From Candidatus Borrarchaeum weybense (GTDB lineage Archaea > Asgardarchaeota > Sifarchaeia > Borrarchaeales > Borrarchaeaceae), in NCBI GenBank assembly GCA_019057385.1, contig JAHQJS010000006.1, forward strand, positions 613,038 through 677,037: a stretch of 64,000 nt of DNA. Direction: 5' to 3'. The notes under the pieces were generated by a model. The model worked only from the letters and a program-made list of their open reading frames with translations. It was not told the origin of the DNA and searched no databases. The translations under genes were made by a program, and so were the position numbers. This document shows positions 58,424-64,000 of this stretch, piece by piece. Positions within the stretch are counted from its first letter, which is position 1. Each line of letters opens with the position of its first letter.

Positions 58424-58603
58424 TTAGTGGTCCGTTAACCCCATTGCAATTCCTTCTTCTACTACTGCGTTGTCAACGTACAATTTTATTGCTTCGATAC
58501 CCGCTTTTTTCAAATGACCACGCTTTTTTCCGAACTTGTGTATAGCAACGTCTCGAAACTCATTTTCTAAATCGTCTGGAATTTCAACAGTGATTTTTCC
58601 CAT
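58424..58603 (-). CDS. 59-aa ribbon-helix-helix regulator (below ORF-track cutoff)
   Basis: MGKITVEIPDDLENEFR...GHLKKAGIEAI; AGGTG RBS. Confidence 0.75.
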   Translation of the reverse strand: MGKITVEIPDDLENEFRDVAIHKFGKKRGHLKKAGIEAIKLYVDNAVVEEGIAMGLTDH

Positions 58604-58721
58604 TGGTTACACCTTATAAGATAATCGAATATCTTATATACCATCTACCAATATATAATTTATGGTACTCAATTTTTAGGTATTATAACATGAGTACTTA
58701 AGTAATTAGGAAGGTGAAAGA

Positions 58722-59609
58722 TTGGCAAAACTCATTGAGTTTTTTGACAAAACACCAGAAGGGATTGTTTGTCCGCACTTCTGGATGTTGAAATTTGCCC
58801 GAGGGTGCAGATATGGTTGTTCGTACTGTTATCTCGCCCTTACTTATCGAATACAGGGCGTCAAGCCACATCTGTATTCTTGGAATCAACTAAAAGACGA
58901 CTTTTGTAATTTTTGTGAAAAAGTAGAATATCCTACTCTTCTCAATGCAGGGGAATTGACTGACTCTTTCTTGATGGAAAACACGGATAATCCGTTTTCA
59001 ACATTTATTGTGCCACTTTTTGAGTCACAGAACGTACATAAAATACTTTTCTTGACGAAATCAAATAACCTTCGCAATTTTCGGTTTTTATTTGAGCAAG
59101 GCAACGTGACACAAACAATTCTTTCCTGGAGTGTCAATATTCCGAAGGTGGCCCATCAATGGGAAAAAGGCGCACCAAGTCCTATAAGACGAATACATGC
59201 ATTTGGCAACGCCACTTATTGTATTCCAGGATCGACACGAATACGAATAGATCCCATGCTTCCTGTAGAAAATTGGAAAACGAAATATGAGGATTTACTA
59301 AAGAATATTTTTGACTTTGGCTTTCCTGAGAGAATAACTCTTGGAACTCTTCGCTATTTTCCTTCGCTTCCCTCAAGGTTGAAGAAGTTAGAACGAGACA
59401 CTTCCTTATTTGACCTCTTTCCAGCAGAACGCTGTGCTGAGGATGGGAGGTATCGCTTAACGGATCGAGAAGAAATCTATCGTCACATGATCCGCTTATT
59501 AGAAGAAAAATTTGGCTATTCTCGATATGCACTTTGTAAGGAGACTCAGGACGTATGGGATAATCTGGGTCTTGATTCTAAGAGATGTCTGTGTAACTGT
59601 CAACTATAA
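58722..59609 (+). CDS. Spore-photoproduct-lyase-like radical SAM protein
   Basis: GCRYGCSYCYL, GELTDS, LTKS, RIDPM, TLGTLR, LCKE. Confidence 0.82.
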   Translation: MAKLIEFFDKTPEGIVCPHFWMLKFARGCRYGCSYCYLALTYRIQGVKPHLYSWNQLKDDFCNFCEKVEYPTLLNAGELTDSFLMENTDNPFSTFIVPLFESQNVHKILFLTKSNNLRNFRFLFEQGNVTQTILSWSVNIPKVAHQWEKGAPSPIRRIHAFGNATYCIPGSTRIRIDPMLPVENWKTKYEDLLKNIFDFGFPERITLGTLRYFPSLPSRLKKLERDTSLFDLFPAERCAEDGRYRLTDREEIYRHMIRLLEEKFGYSRYALCKETQDVWDNLGLDSKRCLCNCQL

Positions 59610-59627
59610 TTTGAGGAGGGTTAAGAA

Positions 59628-60026
59628 ATAACAAGCCGTGAAATTGAAAAGAAAATCTATCCGCTAACCATAGACCGCGATTTGATTCCTTTAAACCAAC
59701 TAGAGGTAATTTTAGGGGCTAAAATTCGTGAATTAGACTACATACGGATCTGCCCCAACTGTGAGAATGTCTATTTTACGTGTAAAAACTGCTCTTATGA
59801 TTCTCCGATAGTGTGTCGAGGTTATTATTTATCGCGTAGATCGGTGGAAGAAATACCGAAAAAATATGATGTTACTCGATGTCGAGACTGCCGCACAATT
59901 CATCTTCTAAGACATACAGAGGTCATAAATTTTGAAGACGCACTCTTTAAAGAGATACCATTTGAGCAATTTTGTGGGCTATGCAGTGAACACTTTGCTT
60001 ACGAGGACGATGAGGAGGAGGGATAA
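59628..60026 (+). CDS. Multi-zinc-finger protein (probable ATA start)
   Basis: CPNC, CKNC, CRDC, CGLC; GAGGAGGG RBS before ATA 59628. Confidence 0.7.
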   Translation: MTSREIEKKIYPLTIDRDLIPLNQLEVILGAKIRELDYIRICPNCENVYFTCKNCSYDSPIVCRGYYLSRRSVEEIPKKYDVTRCRDCRTIHLLRHTEVINFEDALFKEIPFEQFCGLCSEHFAYEDDEEEG

Positions 60027-60028
60027 AC

Positions 60029-60514
60029 ATTCCAAGAACTTCTGTACTTATTGGTGAAGAAGGCATCGAAATTGCCAAAGAAAAACTAGCAGAACTAAAG
60101 ATCTTTGCAACCAATGGTACGGGGACGTGGGGTCAGGCAGACATAGTTGCATCCTTTAACGAACGTCCTCTCTATATCGAAGTTAAATATAGTCGTTTGT
60201 GGAACTACTACGTTCATAACGGGAAAAAATGGAAGCGTTTAGCAAATATCCACATCACTAAAGTACAATTAGAGGGGCTACAAGAGGCAGAACGGAATGG
60301 AATTTTTTCGATATTCCTCTTTCTTTTAAAAACACAGCGCAAAGTTATTACAAAGTTTTTGTTCCCTTCAGAAGTCCTCTTGAGTTCCAATGATAAGAAA
60401 GAATATGGCAAAGTAGCCATAACAGAAATTCTTGATATAGGACGCCCGTTAAGAGATTTACCTCTTCTTTTGTCAATGAAGGAAACAGACATAATACAGA
60501 AGGCGATCAGGTAA
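60029..60514 (+). CDS. PD-(D/E)XK nuclease (Hjc-like), extended to an ATT start
   Basis: The in-frame upstream extension holds the catalytic motifs IGEEG...QADIVA...YIEVK; GGAGGAGG RBS. Confidence 0.7.
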   Translation: MPRTSVLIGEEGIEIAKEKLAELKIFATNGTGTWGQADIVASFNERPLYIEVKYSRLWNYYVHNGKKWKRLANIHITKVQLEGLQEAERNGIFSIFLFLLKTQRKVITKFLFPSEVLLSSNDKKEYGKVAITEILDIGRPLRDLPLLLSMKETDIIQKAIR

Positions 60515-60515
60515 A

Positions 60516-61526
60516 ATGAACCAATTTTGGCGGTTTTACGAATATGCAGCATTAGCAGCAGTTGCACAATCGGTAGGACCTATTTTTACTAATGTGAGAT
60601 TCGGCGATTCTACAAGTCCTGAATATGACGGACTTTCCCTTGATGGTCAAACTGTTGTAGAAGTGAAATCGTATCCTCTTTCCAGAGATGATTGTAAAAA
60701 ACTTGTAGAAAAGACAAACAAGCACTTTGAAAAACTGATTATAATTGCGCCAGGATTCAAAAACAAATATCTTGAGAAGGGACAGGATATTTGGATTGAA
60801 TATATGACCTTTACGACTGAAAATTTTCCTTCCCGGCTACAACAATTTTACCAGGAATGGGAACCACAACTACCTAAGTATTTTGAAACACGTTTAGGGT
60901 GGCATCATTTTTCATACGTCATGTCCAGCGGTAGATTCAGAAACCAAATTGACAAGAGAATTTCAAACACAGAAAAATTGAAGCGTGAAGTCACCAAAAG
61001 AGTCGTTTTTCCTCTTAGAATTTTTGTTTCGATCTCAAAGTGGCGAGATCCAAAGCAGTTATTTTTTAGAAAAAATTCAAACACTCTCTTAGATTCGATA
61101 TTAGCTTTTGATATTGATTGTAGCGATCTGCATGTGCCATGTCTCCTGACTCAAAGTGGTATATGCGAAATTGGACTAGACCATGTAAAACACGAAACGA
61201 TGAAGTTATTTGATTTTTGCGAGGATAAATTAAGTTTAACTGACTTTATGATTTATTTTAGTGGAAGAAAAGGCTTTCATGTTTATTTTTGCGATTATAA
61301 TTCTTCAAAATCATTCAAAAAAGAACTTGAGTTCCGAAAAGACCTCGTTGAGAAATTAAAAGAAAACAACATTCGAGCAGATAGTTCAATCACAGAACAC
61401 CCCAAAGCGATGGTTGGGCTCCCAAGTTCTTTACATGGCTACACGATGAGGGAAATCTGCCTTGTCGGTAGAAGCCGAAAGAGGATAACCTCTTTTCGTC
61501 CACCTAAGCCTTTCAATAGGCGATGA
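60516..61526 (+). CDS. PD-(D/E)XK-like domain fused to an archaeo-eukaryotic primase (PriS-like) domain
   Basis: EYDG...VEVKS; LAFDID, FSGRKGFHVY, LPSSLH. Confidence 0.82.
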   Translation: MNQFWRFYEYAALAAVAQSVGPIFTNVRFGDSTSPEYDGLSLDGQTVVEVKSYPLSRDDCKKLVEKTNKHFEKLIIIAPGFKNKYLEKGQDIWIEYMTFTTENFPSRLQQFYQEWEPQLPKYFETRLGWHHFSYVMSSGRFRNQIDKRISNTEKLKREVTKRVVFPLRIFVSISKWRDPKQLFFRKNSNTLLDSILAFDIDCSDLHVPCLLTQSGICEIGLDHVKHETMKLFDFCEDKLSLTDFMIYFSGRKGFHVYFCDYNSSKSFKKELEFRKDLVEKLKENNIRADSSITEHPKAMVGLPSSLHGYTMREICLVGRSRKRITSFRPPKPFNRR

Positions 61527-61706
61527 GGACCTAATATCGTGCGTTACGGGAATTCTATAGTGTGATGATCGTGGTGGAGTGAGCAGAATCCCGTAATACG
61601 ACGACTGAAAGGTGATGAGGAATTGTATTTTACAAATGGTATCTCAGTCGTGATGATTGCGGTGGAATGAGCGGAGTGCCATAATAAGAGAAAAAGGGGT
61701 GATAAG

Positions 61707-62054
61707 TTGGGAAGGAAGAAAATAAAGATCACAGATGAGGAATTAGAACTAGAATCACAAGAATACACGTTAGAAGATTACAAAGAAACATTACATAGAG
61801 GGCAACTGTGTTTTGCAGTATTTAATGTCTGTCTTACAATCGTTACCATTGGAGTTTTATTACTAACATTAAACCTTGAGTACATAGCTCTACTAAGTTG
61901 TATTAATTTCTTCTTTGCATTCGTGTTATTTTTATCTCTCTTTGAATATCGCAAGAACGAAAGTATCGAAAGCAGTTACACCAAATTCTTAAAACGTAGA
62001 GCATATCGACGTAGACAAAATAAAAATGTTCCTCGCGGATGGATCCGCCTGTAA
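61707..62054 (+). CDS. Two-TM protein
   Basis: GGGGTGA RBS; hydrophobic core and basic tail. Confidence 0.7.
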   Translation: MGRKKIKITDEELELESQEYTLEDYKETLHRGQLCFAVFNVCLTIVTIGVLLLTLNLEYIALLSCINFFFAFVLFLSLFEYRKNESIESSYTKFLKRRAYRRRQNKNVPRGWIRL

Positions 62055-62308
62055 CATACCTTTTTCTTTCTTTTTTTGAAAACTTAATATTAGTACTTAG
62101 GTAATGAGGATCAATTAGTAAAAGATATAAAGTAGTTCTTGGTTCTATAGAAGACTGTACAATGGTGATTGTTGTGACATCAGTTTTATCGACAAAAGAA
62201 GTCTCTGTCGAAAAAGGAAGAGAAGAGGAAAAGACGGTCTCTCAACTCGCTCTTGATGGTCTAAAATTAATTAAAGAATGTAAAGAAATCATCAAGTCGT
62301 AAATTCAC

Positions 62309-63484
62309 TTATTTTTTAGTTTCTTTTTCAAGTATTTTAACGAAAAGTCCCTCTAATATTTCAAAACGATTAGTGAGAGCCTCTAATTTTTCTTGTTGCA
62401 CATCTCGTTCCTGTGTTGTCGATTTCAATCTTTCTTCTAACTGTTTAACAAGTTCACTTTCTTCGCGTACCTGTTCTTCAAGTTCTCTGGTATCTATAGA
62501 GATCGAGAGATATGGTTCTGCATTTTTGAAGTTTTTAATCATTTCTTTTTCAGTGTATTCATCATACGCGCCATCATAAGGTAGTGTCTGTCCCATACTC
62601 ATTTTTACTTGTTCAAAAGGCATCCATTGTTTTGCAACGCTTGAGAAGGCTTTTCTTATCGCGTGGAAGCCATACGGGTTAAATTTCCCATATTCTTTCA
62701 GTTCTTGAAACGTGACTATTTTTCCTTCGTATTTGGTCGACGGTATTCCTGCTTTAACGATCGTTTTTCGCATCTCTAATTGAGCGGTTCTTTTGGAAAT
62801 TCGTGCTCTTACTTTAAGATTACGAACAGAACCAAACAGAGGACTTTCAAAGAAAAGTTCTTCTCCTCTTTCTCTCTGCCATCGAACATATTGACGGAGT
62901 GTATCAATAGAATCTTTGCCTATCACTGCTTTTGCTTTTGTTTTTGTCTTAGAGCGCGTATATTCTATTACATGATACTGTTTGTCATTCTCTATTGCGG
63001 CACTCACATCTCCGTAATTAAGCCTGAGCATCGAACTTATATCCATCCCGGTCTGAAACGCGAGGATAATGAGGGTTTTTCCCCGCCAATCAGGGGAGGC
63101 CTCATAAAGTTTTCTGATCTCTTCTTTTCTATATACTGCCCTCTTATATTTTCGTGCGTTAGAACGTCGTTGTGATTTAATTCGAATTTCGTGGTAAGTT
63201 AAAAACGATTTGACTGCGTCTTCGTGGTTTGAAGCGGTTTTATCTGAGAGCCCTTGATCGAGTAAGTGTTTATAGAATATATTGAGTTTTGTTTTCGTTT
63301 TAACTTTGTTCTTTTTTGCTTCTTCGAGGAATTCATAAGGAGAAATCCCAAAAAAATGAAAGAATTTCTTGAGTTTGGTCCGATATTGTTTCTTAGTTGA
63401 TTCTTTCCTCCCCGCGAGAAACTCCTCTACATTTTCATACTTTTTAACCCATTCTTTAGAACTTACTTCTGTAATGGCAGTCAT
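62309..63484 (-). CDS. Tyrosine recombinase / integrase
   Basis: SAM-like N-terminal domain, R.KT, HAIRK, MGQ, GAY; C-terminal coiled coil. Confidence 0.9.
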   Translation of the reverse strand: MTAITEVSSKEWVKKYENVEEFLAGRKESTKKQYRTKLKKFFHFFGISPYEFLEEAKKNKVKTKTKLNIFYKHLLDQGLSDKTASNHEDAVKSFLTYHEIRIKSQRRSNARKYKRAVYRKEEIRKLYEASPDWRGKTLIILAFQTGMDISSMLRLNYGDVSAAIENDKQYHVIEYTRSKTKTKAKAVIGKDSIDTLRQYVRWQRERGEELFFESPLFGSVRNLKVRARISKRTAQLEMRKTIVKAGIPSTKYEGKIVTFQELKEYGKFNPYGFHAIRKAFSSVAKQWMPFEQVKMSMGQTLPYDGAYDEYTEKEMIKNFKNAEPYLSISIDTRELEEQVREESELVKQLEERLKSTTQERDVQQEKLEALTNRFEILEGLFVKILEKETKK

Positions 63485-63545
63485 AAATACTTCTTCATGA
63501 GAAACTTGGTATTTAAATTTTATTCACGCATATACTATAGTAGTT

Positions 63546-63557
63546 AAACTATATTTT
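63546..63557 (+). repeat. Candidate attR core AAACTATATTTT
   Basis: Matches 4045-4056; lies between the integrase and the host gene. Confidence 0.45.
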
Positions 63558-63599
63558 CACGCAGCTCATTTTGAAAGAGTAATAAAAACCACCAAAATC

Positions 63600-64000
63600 T
63601 CAAGCGATCTCAATAACATCTGCTCTACACTGTTTGCAGTGTCGGAATTGAGGAATTATTTTTTCGCAAGCATTTCTTGCATTGATTATTTCGCTACATG
63701 AAGGTTTTCTAACATTCTCAAATAAAGCTAGTGGGATTAATGGAGTTATATTCTGGAGATGTGCACCTCTTTTCTTCACTTCAGCCGCAATTTCCGCTAT
63801 ATGCATGTCGTTTATTCCTGGGATCAGAATGGTATTTATTTTCGTAACTATCCCTTGTTTAACAACTTCGCTTAGCCCTTTCAGTTGTTTTTTTATCAGG
63901 AGTCGGACTCCCTCGTTCCCATCATATCTAATACCTTTGTACATTACATAGGAGTATATCTTAGCTCCAATTTTTGCATCTAAGCAGTTAATGGTTATTG
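63600..64000 (-). CDS. nifB: NifB-like radical SAM protein, C-terminal part (host)
   Basis: KINTILIPGIND, NITPLIP, FRHCKQCRAD. Confidence 0.8.
   Translation of the reverse strand, partial: ITINCLDAKIGAKIYSYVMYKGIRYDGNEGVRLLIKKQLKGLSEVVKQGIVTKINTILIPGINDMHIAEIAAEVKKRGAHLQNITPLIPLALFENVRKPSCSEIINARNACEKIIPQFRHCKQCRADVIEIA

Larger units (their letters stand above)
4113..62103. repeat. Dispersed 10-bp quasi-palindrome TACYTARGTA, 40 exact copies
   Basis: Starts at 4113,5232,5282,5874,7368,8711,10251,13914,15961,18461,21222,21230,21254,23058,24784,24800,25837,26730,27692,28619,29486,31609,32215,33599,35536,36067,36446,38270,38297,44411,44882,48161,49521,50848,53163,53526,58274,58695,60871,62094 (counted by eye). 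Confidence 0.95.
4045..63557. mobile_element. Integrated archaeal provirus / integrative element, about 59.5 kb
   Basis: Terminal tyrosine integrase, own replication genes (MCM, PCNA, AEP), membrane structural-like module, element-wide TACYTARGTA motif (4113-62103), flanked by host metabolic genes; exact boundaries tentative. Confidence 0.85.

Noticed and set aside
4113-62103. Classical integron attC cassette array
   Set aside because: No RYYYAAC/GTTRRRY-bounded hairpins, sites occur in both orientations, and nothing marks the integrase as IntI.
515-63951. Many short antisense or overlapping ORFs (e.g. 515-742, 1233-1583, 14202-14525, 17601-18062, 41546-42022, 52144-52629, 62780-63175)
   Set aside because: They shadow well-supported genes or lack an RBS and recognisable motifs.
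63600-64000. Nitrogen fixation cluster
   Set aside because: Only a partial NifB-like gene is visible, and such genes also occur in non-diazotrophic archaea.

Overview
Archaeal chromosome segment (PCNA, MCM, PriS-type primase, TATA promoters, GGAGG/GGTGA ribosome-binding sites, T-tract terminators). Host genes ilvB and ilvC lie on the left and a NifB-like radical SAM gene on the right. Between them is a ~59.5-kb integrated element (about 4045-63557), probably a provirus of an enveloped, non-tailed virus, ending in a tyrosine integrase. Modules: (1) a minus-strand membrane/virion-like block with GH-like hydrolase, CPBP protease, 1215-aa surface protein and two paralogous small basic proteins; (2) two plus-strand operons with MCM, a PCNA-C2H2 fusion, AAA ATPases, DUF1257/DUF2997-like, ASCH and TOPRIM genes; (3) cargo (restriction-modification, toxin-antitoxin, HIT, serine recombinase); (4) an SPL-like radical SAM/nuclease/primase block. 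The most notable content is non-coding. First, each of the two operons opens with a tRNA-like T-arm plus acceptor strand (RAGCUCC) complementary to a GGRGCU(Y) motif found 20 times, mostly in gene leaders, with operon-specific covariation at one position. Second, a quasi-palindrome TACYTARGTA occurs 40 times across the element. Third, a TTGTNATNACAA operator array occurs at three loci. Several genes also appear to start at ATA/ATT. All family assignments come from motif recognition by eye, not from database searches.
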